From: Hydrolagus colliei
Lineage: Eukaryota
NCBI GenBank assembly: GCA_035084275.1
Contig: CM068744.1
Location: 13,640,001 to 13,704,000 of the forward strand
DNA length: 64,000 bases
Direction of reading: 5' to 3'
The translations under genes were made by a program, and so were the position numbers. Below the pieces are notes generated by a model, which did not search any database, was not told the DNA's origin, and saw nothing but the letters and a program-made list of their open reading frames with translations. Shown here piece by piece: positions 13,401 through 25,215 of this stretch (its first letter is position 1; each line of letters opens with the position of its first letter).

Positions 13401-15862
13401 ACAATAAATATAAATCTTATTCAAGGCTTGTGATATGAAAGAAACTAGATCATGAGATTGAATCAATAAGGTCCTTAGACTCATTGGGGTTACATCTGTC
13501 AAGAATACCCACCTTACTGTTCTCCCACCACAGCAAAGTTACTAGGAAAGCAAACCAGCTTTCCTAGCAAACTGTTGCGATCGTTTTTTTATCTTCTGGG
13601 CAGAGAAAATACTTCCTGGTGTCTGTCCTGAAATTGCTCTAACAATAAGGAACCTGGGACTTTTGGGGGGGCTTTTGGTGCATCTGAACATACTATTCTG
13701 GGTTCATTTCCTCAATCCCATTTAAAATCATGTATTTTGCTGGAAGACAGAAATATACTGAAAGACAGAAATACTGTATACTTAAATATACTCAATGAGA
13801 AATGGTGAGATGCAGGCTTTTAGAACATTGTAGGGGCTTGTAAAATCTGCCCTCCTTGTCTCACCTTTGGAAGATTCCCACACTACGTTTTGTTTCTAGA
13901 ATTCTCTTTTTTTCCTTTGGTACATCCAATTCTTAGACTTTAATTCAACATTTGTTTCAGTTTGTCTGTAATTTGTCTCTTGGTTTGACTTTTCTGGTTT
14001 CTTCCTCATCCAACAATCAAGGAAAGTATAGACAAAGCAGATGTTCTAGAGCTTATAGCATGTATTATTAAAAGATCCCTGGTTTCATGGAAGGGAGGAG
14101 GCAAACATAGTTAGAAAAGCAGCTGATCTGAATTAGAACAAATGGAAAATTACCCAAAGCATCCCTTACATCCAGCAATGTCCCCATGAACTGATTGACC
14201 AGATCATCAGAGGCCCAGTAACACAAAGCTTTTGGATGTTACAGTGTGAGAAAGCTCAGTGATTTGGGATGTCACCTTTCAATTGCCCACACTTTTGCTT
14301 TCGGCTAGAAGGCTATGGTTCAAGCCCCACATGTGGTTTTGACCTCATAGTCTAGGCTGGCATTCTATTAACTTCCCACAATTTGGAACATTGCACTGTG
14401 TGTTGTATCATCTTAGGAGGATTATCTCACTCAGCTCCTGTTAACCCTGCAAGTCAAAGTCCTATCCTGTAGTATACTCCTTGCTGGACAATCAGTGGGA
14501 AACCTCGCCAGGGAGAGCTCTCAATGTCAAGTTATGAGATTTTAGCTGGTAAAATTACAACAGTTCCCCCAATGCATATTGTACGATCTCCAAGCTTTGG
14601 CTCTTGCCAACCTGTGCCTATTACTCTCCAGAATTAGGTAAGCAGAATGAACAAGCAGTAAACTTATGGAACAGGCTCCCTAGGTAGATGATGGAAGCAG
14701 AAAATGATATTTATTTCAAGAGCAAATTGAATAGATTTCTGCTGTAAAATAATTTGATGACTCAATCCATGTCTGTTTGTGAAACACTACTTTACACAAT
14801 TGGCTGCCTCACATTGCCCCCAAATATGCAGTCAATTCACTTTACTGTATATTCAGTGAAGCGCTTTGAGTCAGCACGAAAGTGTGATAATGCACTATAT
14901 TAAATTTTTTTTTTTTTTTCATTTATTTATCTTCTCTTTCCCTCTGTTCCTTTAAGTGCCCTGAGATACCAACCACAGTAACAATAGCATATTGTTGTTA
15001 TTTGTGCGCAAGCTTCTATTTGAGGAAACTATTTTTTATCCTTATCTCTTTCCCCCAATAGTTCTTTCCTTTCTCTGCTGCACTTATTCCCTTGTGGTAT
15101 ATTTATATTTTTTAAACTCAATTATATATTTTAAAATCTGTATGATTACTGAATATAAATGTGTAAATTTTACTCTAACAGTCTAATGATCTGATACAGT
15201 GTAATTTCGGAGTTTCTTCCTCATTCCATTAAATTGTGTGTTTTATCATTTGTAAGTTTGATCTACTCCTTTTTGTCGTGAACATGACTTTAAACTCTCG
15301 ATCATATTGTGCTCAATATTTCCTAGGTGATCACTCATGATAACCTTCTCTACCATTCTTTGATTTTTATACAATCAAAAGTGTAATACTATATTGACAA
15401 ACAGGATTTAAACGTCTAATGGAGCCTTTAGGCTGTGAATATTACGAAACATCTACCTATGTTTATGAGATTCATGGAATGGCAAATTACAATTTCCAAA
15501 TGCTGGACAAGTGCAAAATAAATTCAGAGAGCAAAACATTCCAGATGCAGTTAGAAATACTTTCATGAGCCTGTGTAATCTGATGATATGTATTGCAAAA
15601 TCAGTTAGTCGGTTGGACATCAAAGGAAATTATTAGCAAGGGATGAGGGATGGAGTGACATAATCACGACAATTTGAACATGTCAATTTACTGGCAATAA
15701 AAAAGCTAGTTTCGCCCACAAATGTACAGTCAATTCATTTTACAGTATATTCTGTAAAGCGTTCTGTGAGACATCTAAAGATGTTCTGTGAGACATCTAG
15801 AAGACGTGATAAGGCGCTGTATCAAATGCGAGGATTATTATTATTTTATTATTTATTATTAT

Positions 15863-15912
15863 CTACACTTCATCACAAGGTTTGCACTACACTTCATCAC
15901 AAGGTTTGCACT
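15863..15912 (+). repeat. Perfect 24-bp tandem duplication (CTACACTTCATCACAAGGTTTGCA)x2
   Basis: Directly visible. Confidence 0.9.
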
Positions 15913-16593
15913 GTAGCAGAGGCAGCATATGCTTCAGACTCAGTCTCTCTGTCTATTCCCCACTGTAAAGACCATACTATTTTAACAAGAGCAAGATTAA
16001 AACATACGCGAATGGCAGCTCCACACCCTTCCAACACATTCCCCACCCTCCCCCAGTGGAGCACAATCAGGGGAAGTCTGAGAGAACAATTTACTATGAG
16101 ATTTGTAGAGAATAAAAATATCAATATATTAACTATAAACTTTGTTCGTTTGGCTTTTGTTGCAGACAGAGTTTGGGCGGGCGATCCTCCAGATCAACTC
16201 CCATGAGCTGTATCAATTGTGGAGCAAAATGCTTTTCCCAGATTACAGGTCTATTGAGATGTGTGTCTGTAGCCTTGTGGGCTTATAAACAGTAAAGATC
16301 TCAGACCAATCTGATGTTAGTGAGCTGTTTACAGGAAAAATAACAGCAGCATTTGAGGTCACTGCTGGGTAAAAATGTTAAAACACATTGTATTTTTCAT
16401 CCCACAGTCACCTCACATATGATATAAGGTGTTTAAATTTGCAAATGATACCAAGGTGTTTTGCCCGCAAAATACACAGTCACCACTCTACAGTATATCC
16501 TGTGAAGCATTTTGAGATGCTATAATGATAATAATAACAACAACAATAATAATAATCCATGCATTTGAAATAGCGCCTTATTACATCTTCAAG

Positions 16594-17412
16594 ATCATAA
16601 AATCATAGAATTTTACGGCACAGGAGGAGGCCATTCGGCCCATCTAGTCTGTGCTGGCTCTTTAAAAAGAGCAACTCAATCCCACTGCCCAGCTCTCTCC
16701 CCATAATAACCTAACAGACCTGTTCTCCCTAAATAGAGATCTAATTCTCTTTTAAAAGCTGCTATCGAATTAACCTCCACCACCTTTTCAGGCAATGCAT
16801 TCCAGATTCGAACAACTAGCTGAGTGAAAAAAATTCTTCTCAGCTCCCCTCTACTTCGTTTTGAAATTATTTTAAATCTGTGACCATGAGTCACAGATTC
16901 TCCCACTAGTGGAAACAATTTTTCATCAGATATCATCCTGTCGAATCCCCTATATCTAGCCTATATTGCCTCCCCTCATTTCTTCTCCCAAAATGTATCA
17001 CCTCACACTTCTCTGCATTAAACTTCATCTGCCATATGTCTGCCCACTTTACCATTTAATCTATACCTTCTTGCAGATGGTTACTATCCTCCTCATTATT
17101 TACTGTTCTCCCTAACTTAGTATCATCTGCAAACTTGGAAACTGTACTCCGTACACCGAAGTCCACATCATTAATATATATTAAAAAGAGCAGTGGTCCC
17201 AAAACCGATCCCTGGGGGATACCACTGCACACTTCCCTCCAGTCTGAAAAACAGCCGCTCACCACAGATCTCTGCTTAGTGTCTTGCAGCCAGTGGTGGG
17301 TCCATGCTGCCACTGTCCCTTTAATGCCATGGGCCTCTACTTTCCTAATAAGCCTCTCATGCGGCACTTTGTCAAATGCCTTTTGAAAGTCCATGTAAAC
17401 TACATCAACTGC
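16594..17412 (-). mobile_element. CR1-type LINE fragment (RT plus 3' end, internally deleted)
   Basis: VDVVYMDFQKAFDKVPH, SGIPQGSVLGPLLFLIYIND, SKFADDTKLG, FFTQLVVRIWNALP. Ends in (TTCTATGA)-like repeats. Confidence 0.95.
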
Positions 17413-17659
17413 GCTGGTTGAGGCAGATGTCTCAGAGTGCTTCACAGAATATACTGTAAAGTGAATTGATTGTATATTTTGTGGGTGAAACCCGGCAGCC
17501 AATTGCGCCCAGCAGTGGCACATATACAGCTGTGAATTGAGTGACCAACTTATTTTTATTTATTTTGAAGGAATTATTACCCCCAGAAAAGTTAACAACC
17601 AGTTTCCTACTAACTGGCAGAAAAACAGAGGCATGTGGAATAAGGAAACATGCCCTACA

Positions 17660-18592
17660 AAGAGAATTTGATAGGATATGCTCATGGGGTGGTGACTGGC
17701 AAATAAAGTTTAATACTGATAAAAGTACATACAGTTCTTCAAATTGGAGGTAAGAATATGGGAAACCTACACAACTAAAAGAACAACAACAATAGGTGGC
17801 AGATGAAATTTAATGTGGTGAAGTGTGAAATTATTCACCTAGGTAGCAAAAATAAAAACACAAATTATTTTCTAGATGTGGAGAGGTTAGATAGTGTTAG
17901 TGTACAAAGGGATTTGGGTGTCCTTGTACACCAGTCTCAAAAAGTTAGTTTGCAGGTGCAGCAAGCAACTAAGAAGGCAAACGGCATGTTAGCGTTCATC
18001 GCAAAAGGTTTAGAGTATAAGAGTAGGAAAGTTTTGCTGCAACTTTATAGGGCTCTGGTGAGACTGCACCTAGAGTATTGCGTGCAGTTTTGGTCTCCTT
18101 ATTTAATAAAGAACATAGTTGCCTCAGAGGGAGTGCAGCGTAGATTCACTAGGTTAGTTCCTAGGATGAGAGGACTGATCTATGAGGATTGGTTGAATAA
18201 ACTAGGGCTGCATTCTCTAGAGTAACAGAAGAATTAGGGGAGATCTTATTGAAACATATAAGATTCTTAAAGGGCTAGATAAAGTAGACACTGAGGGACT
18301 GTTTCCTCTGGTAGGAGAATCTATAACCAGGGGTCATCATCTTAAAATGAAAGGTCAGCCTTTTGGAACAGAGTTGGGGAAACATTTCTTCACTCAGAGG
18401 GTAGTGAATTTATGTAATTCACTACCCCAGAAGCCTGTAGATGCTCAGTCCTTGAACATTTTCAAAGCTGAGACTGATGGGGATAGGGCAGGTAATTAGA
18501 GTTAGGTCAGAAGATCAGCCATGATCTTATCAAATGGCGGGGCAGGCTCGAGAGGCCGAATGGCCTACTCCTGCTCCTAATTCGTATGTTCT
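17660..18592 (+). mobile_element. CR1-type LINE 3' fragment
   Basis: WQMKFNVVKC, RDLGVLV, KKANGMLAFI, LYRALVRLHLEYCVQFWSPY. Tail GGCCGAATGGCCTACTCCTGCTCCTAATTCGTATGTTC. Confidence 0.95.
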
Positions 18593-18643
18593 TAATACAA
18601 CTTTCATTTGTATGGTGCCCTTGAAATAGGATAATGTCTCGAA

Positions 18644-18690
18644 GGGGGGGGGGGGGGGGGTGGGGTGGGGTGGGGGGGGGCGGGAGGAGG
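18644..18690 (+). repeat. G-run tract with G-quadruplex potential
   Basis: Long G run followed by TGGGG repeats. Similar runs at 1214-1234 (C) and 57687-57706 (G). Confidence 0.6.
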
Positions 18691-18904
18691 AAGGTGAAAA
18701 TATTGCTTTTGGAAAGGTAGGACTTTTCTTGAAGTATAAAGATAGAGATCGGCTGAGATCATAGGGAGGAGGGAGGAAGTTCAAAGGTTCAGCAAAAGCT
18801 GCTGATTGCTTGCCCTTCATTTGGGATATGGGAGGGGTGAATAAATGAATACATTTATCAGTAAGTTTGAGGACCTCGAATCTTACTCAATGGAAGGGAA
18901 GGAA

Positions 18905-19110
18905 CTTGCCAAGGTGAAGGTTGAAAGAGATCTATCGGTGTTAGTTGACTCATCACTCACTAGGTCAAAACAGTTTTGCGAGGCAGTGATAAACAAGCAA
19001 ACAGGATGTTGAGCTATATTGCCAAATTAGTTGAGTTCAGATACTGAACTCAAAATCATAGTCAAGCAACACAGTGCTCTGGTAAGGCCACACCTAGAGT
19101 CTGGTTACTG
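18905..19110 (+). mobile_element. Old CR1 fragment
   Basis: ERDLSVLVD, ANRMLSYIAK and ALVRPHLE remnants. Confidence 0.7.
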
Positions 19111-21589
19111 AAACACAAGTTTACCAGGAAGGCTGGTTGAGGCAAGGACAGTGGACTAATTTTAGAAACAACGTGAAACTATGATGGAATCGTGGTGGAG
19201 TGGTTGAGTATTCAACCATTGAGTGGTTGAATATTCCGGAAGGATGAGATCAAATGGGCCAAAAGGCCATCTACATACAAAGGAATCCTGTTATATTGTG
19301 ATATAAAGACAAAGTAAGAAGGCTTCAACAAACAGGAAGAGTTTGGTTTTCCCGGGCCTGTCACGGAGGTCATTCAACAGGCTGATGTGAAACCAGTCAA
19401 GTAACTTTCAGATTCCCACGAGGAAACAAGTACTGAACCAATAAGCAATGATTTAAACTCGGAAATGACAGCAGAGGCCACTCAAATGAGAGCCATAAAA
19501 CACATCACTTTAGGTAAGGTCCCTGCAGGCTGAGAATTAAACTGAGCCTTCAGACATGGTTCATGTGTCCCTCTGTACAAACATGTCCCATAGAATTAAA
19601 GAAAAATCAATCTCCAAGCAATGAATCAACACGTCTACCACAACAGTTTGTTGCTCTTTTCACTTTCTCATGTTTTTTTAATTAAAAACTCTCCACCTTC
19701 CCACTTCCCCCTTATTTTCTTTGCTTACGTCAGCAGCTTTGTAGTTTGACAGAATAACACTCTGCTGAGCAGCTGACAGCTGTGAGATGTGAAGAGCAGC
19801 ACAGTGCAGCACAGGCTGTGAATCAGTGCTTCTGCTTGGAGCTACATGTGGGTTCAGAGTAGAGGTGAAGGGGCCTGTGAATAGAGCTGACTCCTCTGGC
19901 TGCACTCCAACAAGCCCTTCTCATAGACCGTTCTCATGGCTTTTAATTCCGGGGTTCAACAACCAATGTCTTAGGAACTTTACAGAAGCCTGCTTTGTGA
20001 AGACAGTCAATGCTTGTCTTTTTCGTTCTTCTATTTGATCCTAGGAAAGAACTTGACCTGCTGCCTACGGGATTGCCTTTGGCTTTTGAACAGGTGCCAT
20101 TTCTGGTCTTTGTCAGCTCCTCAGAGAAGGACTAAGCAACTCTAATTGTACTGTGACACTGTGTTAAAATCTGCTGATCTGTAGCAGGCAAAACATAGAG
20201 TGTGGGGGTTTCTTTTCAAGTGCTGAATCAGACTCAGAAATAGTTAACAATTTAATGTCAGAGGTGCAGATTCATAAAAGTGACAGACATCCGTTGAACA
20301 TCCACTTTCCTAATTCCCTTTGTCACTGCCGCTCATTTTCCTTCCTAATCCACAAGAAGAGGAAGCAAATACTATATCTACAACAACAACTTGCATTTAT
20401 TTTCAGACATTTCAGTTCACAAATACTCACTACTTTGTTAGTAACCAATGGAAATATAAATTTTTGAAGATTTAAAAAAAATTATACTTTCACAAACTCC
20501 AGCAGTAGCCAACGCAAACTCTAAGGACCCCAAGCTTAACCTTGTCAGTCTGTGCCAAATACTTTACGGAATTAAATAATCAGGGTGAATCTCTCCAGGG
20601 AGAGGGTGCACATTCCTTTCTAGACAAAGAGAAATGTCACATATGTGGAATTCAATCTGGTTTGGATACTCCAAATGGATAACATGGTGATGAATTTCCA
20701 CATATGTCAGACACCCGGCTGATCTCCCTAAAAATTTCATCCCGCACTATTTTTAAATTGCAGTTGTGTTTCAAGAACAAATGCATCTGTTGTGCAGACA
20801 CAAGTATATGCCTCCTGTACCCGCATTTTCTTTGAGACATTTTCCTATGTGAAATGAATTATATATGTACAAGTTGTTGTTTCTTCTCAGACTGCTTGCT
20901 AATATTCAACATCAATGTTTTCAAGTATGTCACTTGAGAGAACATAAAAATATATGAAAAATTAATTTGTATCATGGCACAAAAGGATTCTTCAGCAAGA
21001 ATTATAGCACAAGAATTATAGCACTAAAGGCCATCTTGCCCGTTGAGCCTATGCTGGTGCCTAGCTCCTCTACTCACCCGATTCACCCCACTATCCCAGT
21101 CCTCTTTGCACTGAAACATAATTTCATGGTCCTTGGTTCAATCCTTGGAGGAGTTAATTTTCTGAGACTGTTTCCTTTGGATATTGTACCTGTTTTCTCA
21201 TGAAACACTTTTCATTGTTAAGGTACAAGTTAATTTCCCATCTGATTCTCTGTTCCCTGGAGTGAAAATCTTGAAAATGTTAATGTTAAGTATTACCATA
21301 TAGTACGAGAAAAAAAAGGATAGGCACAGAAGACACATATCTGTGGTGTGTGGCACAGAAAATGAAAGCAAATGTGTTGGATGTGTTGTGAGAATACAAC
21401 TGCAGTGCTGGTAGGTTGGCTGGTTATGGAACAGAATAAAATAAGTTCTGTATAACAGCACAATTCCTTTGATTATTGCCTACAAAATACACAGTCACTA
21501 CAATTTACAAATATATAAAGATGAGTATATCCTGTGAAGTGCTTTGAGGCTCCTCCCAACATGAAAGGCAAGCTATCAAATGTAAGGAC

Positions 21590-22530
21590 AACTTGATTTA
21601 AATATCACCCTTCATGTGAGTAGTGCCTCGGAGCATTTAACATTGGTATGGTTTGATGCTAAACTAGAATGGGAGGTGAGGCGACTATAGGTACGGTTGA
21701 AGAGGAAACTCTTCAGGTATGATTTGAAGATAAACCAAGAGGGGCACGATGGAGAGATTGAGGCAAGGAGTTTCAGATATTTGGGGCATTGTGATTGAAA
21801 GCACAGCCCTCAATTTTACAATGGAGGGGACAGGGGATATGCAGAAGATCTGAGCTAACTGAATGAAGGCAGCAACTATTAGAATGGGGTGGGAGCAGAT
21901 CGTACAAGTAGGAAGATGTCAGGGCTTGAAGTGATTTGACAGTGAGAGTGAGATCCTGAAATTGATCTGTTCGGTAACAGTCAACCTGTCTGACAAGAAC
22001 TGGGATGATAAGGGTGTGGAGCCCAGTACAGGTGAGGGCACAAATGACAGAGTTTTGTATCATTTGGACCTTGTTAACAATGGAGCCGCAGAGACCAGTG
22101 AGGAGTGCATTAGAAAGATGGGAGGTGATGAAAGCATGAATGAGTTTCAGCATGTTTGAAGTAAAATAAAACCAAGGCAATGTGGCAGAGGTGGAGGGAG
22201 GTAGTTCTGGTCGTGGACCAGATGTGGGGTAGGAAGGATAACTGGTGATCAAATCTGACACAAAGTTGGGTAGAGGTTTGGTGAGTCTGAAGGGCAGGCA
22301 GGGAAGATTAAGGAAGCCAGAAGTGCAAGTAAAAAGACGTTGACAGGAGCTGAGAAGGATGGCTTGTGCATGTTCAGCAACAGAAAGTTGGCACTCATCC
22401 AGGCCTTGATGTCAAACAAACAGGCAGTCAGAACATTGGTAGAACTGGGGTCATGACTAGAGGAGGAAAAATAGATTTGAGTATCATCTGCATACATGTG
22501 GAAGTTGATCCCATGTGTGCAGATTTAACC
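21590..22530 (-). mobile_element. Decayed L2 LINE
   Basis: Minus-strand MYADDTQIY, ACLFDIKAWMSANFLLLN and LIHAFITS. Tail near 21590. Confidence 0.9.
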
Positions 22531-24606
22531 AAGAGGGAGATTATTATTGTTAATAAAATAAAGAAATGCGCAGTTTGCAAACTAAATTCAAGCAGCTAGT
22601 TAATCCTTGTGAGTGTATCTTTCCAATGAAAGTATAGAAAAAAGACACATGTTACAAGATTTTACTCTGCTTGCAACACTTTGGAGAGCAGGAATATCTT
22701 GAATATTGTATGATTGTTGGATATTTGAAAATGCTGCAGTTTTTGCTGAGTTAAGAGCATTGGTTATCCTGGCTGAGTGGCTGCCTGGAAATTGGAAAGA
22801 CCTAATTAATATCCATTAAGGCCTGTTTCTTCCTGATAAGATTAGTCTCTACTTAACTGCTCTGCAGCAGCAAAGCCCATTAGAGTTTCATTACTTTATC
22901 ATTATTTTTTTTTTACTTGGTCCTCAGTGGGCGACTGATGTATATAATACTTGTACCTTGAAATATATGTTTTAAATATTTTCTCTTCTACTGATTTTTA
23001 ACATTATCAACAACATTTTAATGGGACACATAAGTGTTGGAATAACCATGCATTTCACGAGTTTGTGAAATTAATAGATATTGTACCATTGGGGACCCCT
23101 ACAAGAAATTCCAGCAGTGTGAATTATTCCATAATAAAGTAAAAAAAAGAAAGAATCCTAAAATTCTGACATTAAAATAGGAAATGCTGAAAATGTGTGT
23201 TTTGTTTAGTTCTAATTTATTGAGTTATTTTCTCTTTTCCCAGAGATTTGTCTCACACCACCTATGCCATCTGAGGCTGTTCCTCAGCTGAGAAAATGAA
23301 TTCCATTAGGCAGCCAGCTGGATTGTCCTGGGATTGAATACTTTCTTCCTGTGGGGAATTGCCTACTGGAGCTGGCACCGTCAAGATACTGAGCCCATTG
23401 TGCAAACCATGTAACCCCAACATAGAATTGCAGTCATAGAGCAATACAACACAGATACAGGCCCAGTCAGCCAACTCATCCATACTAGTTTATGCACATG
23501 AACTTCCAATTTACCTAATCCCTTCCTAAACACATGTAAAACAAAACACTTTTTCATTGTTTTCAAATAGCAGTTTCAGTGGCTTGATCACTTGGGTGGA
23601 ACCAGCCAAAATATAGAAATTCTCTTGGTACATTACAATTTGTATCATATTAGCATTCAGAAGAACATCCGAAGAATACTTAGAAATGAATGAGGAACAG
23701 GCCAAAGCTCTGACCTATCCTACTCAAAGGAGGGGGAAGGGATAAAAGTAGGATCTCTTTGGAGCTGAACTGGCTCCATGGTGACTTATTTGGAAAAGGA
23801 ATGTTGGAATCAAGCCCACCTTCTGAGGGAGTTTCCAGTCCAATTCCTGAGTCAGGCGGGTCCGAGGTACTTGCTGATGATAGACAAGCAAGCATGACAC
23901 ATTGGTAGTTCTTGCCACTCAACTGCTGATACCCATGCAAGCCAAAGCCCCAACACTGGTCCTAGCTAAACAAGCAGCAGGAAAGCTTCTCAGACACTGG
24001 TATCAAATAGAAGCTATCCAGTTTAGTTGGTTAGAAACACACACTCTAGGATCCCCAAACCTTGATTCTTGCCAGCCTGTGCCTAATATTGGGTAAGCAA
24101 GGTGAGTCACTTCAGGGAGAGCATGCACATTCTAATTCACAGGAATTTCTTTTTGTAGGTGGGGTGCATGGATCTCTTAGTTTGGTATGGATACTCTTAA
24201 GTATGGTGATGAGTTTCTGCATGTGTCAGACCCAAAAAAGCCTTGACTATGGATAGAAAAAGCTGGCACACGGAATCATCATGAGAATCTCATTCACATA
24301 CGGTTTAGTTAAGTGAATCTCACGTGCCAATACAATTGAGGTATTCTGTTCAAATGAATCACTTTTTTATTGTGTATTCACCTATCATGGTCACATGGTG
24401 CTCCCAAGGACCAATCGATATAAATGTAGAATCCTATAGCTCAGTGGTTAGAGCACTTCTTTCACAAGCGAGAGACCTGAGTTCCTGGCAGCGCAAAATG
24501 TTGGAAAAGTTTCTTTACTCCACACGCTTCTATTTACCCAGCAATAGATAGGAACCCGCTTGTTAGTCGATTGGCGGATTGCCTTTCCAGATTTAAATTC
24601 CTTTAA

Positions 24607-25215
24607 ACAACAACAACAACTTTGATTTACATACTACAATAACAACAACAACTTTGATTTATATAGCGCCCTCCACGCCAGACGGCATCTCAGAGCGCTT
24701 CACAATAGCGGATCCCGGGACCAAGCCAGGGGCAGGGGTAGAAAGGTGACCAAAGGCGTGGTCGAAGAGAAAGGTCTTCAGCTGGGACTTGAAACTGAGA
24801 AGAGGGGGCGAGGCGAAGGTAGTGAGGAAGGGAATTCCAGAGCTCGGGGCATAGTGGCTGAAGGCACGTATGCCAAGGGTGGAGCGGAGGATTCGGAGGA
24901 CATGGAGGAGGCGAGACCCAGTGGAGCGAAGGCAACAGGTGCTGGTTTGAGGAGAGAGGAGGTCAGAGAAGTAGGTGGGTGCAGAGGAGTGGAGGGATTT
25001 GACGACAAGGGAGAGGATCTTGAAGTCGATCCTCTCTGGGATAGGGAGCCAATGAAGTCTGGCAAGGACTGGGGTAATGTGGGTGGCAGAGTTCAGAATG
25101 AGCTGGACTCTGTGGATTGTGGAGGAGGGGAGACTGGCGAGGAGGGCTTTGGAATAGTCCAGCCGAGAGGTGACAAAGGTGAGGACCAGGGTTTCAGCCG
25201 CTTTTGTGTGAGACA
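24607..25215 (-). mobile_element. L2 LINE 3' fragment, apparently inserted within a SINE
   Basis: AETLVLTFVTSRLDYSKALLASLP and HITPVLARLHWLPIPERIDFKIL. (AAC)n tail. SINE head at 24430-24600 and SINE tail at 25270-25400 flank it. Confidence 0.93.

Noticed and set aside
16676-18225. RT-like ORFs as active retroelement or domesticated genes (also 2018-2834, 21773-22497, 24659-25270)
   Set aside because: 5'-truncated, frameshifted and internally deleted CR1/L2 fragments.
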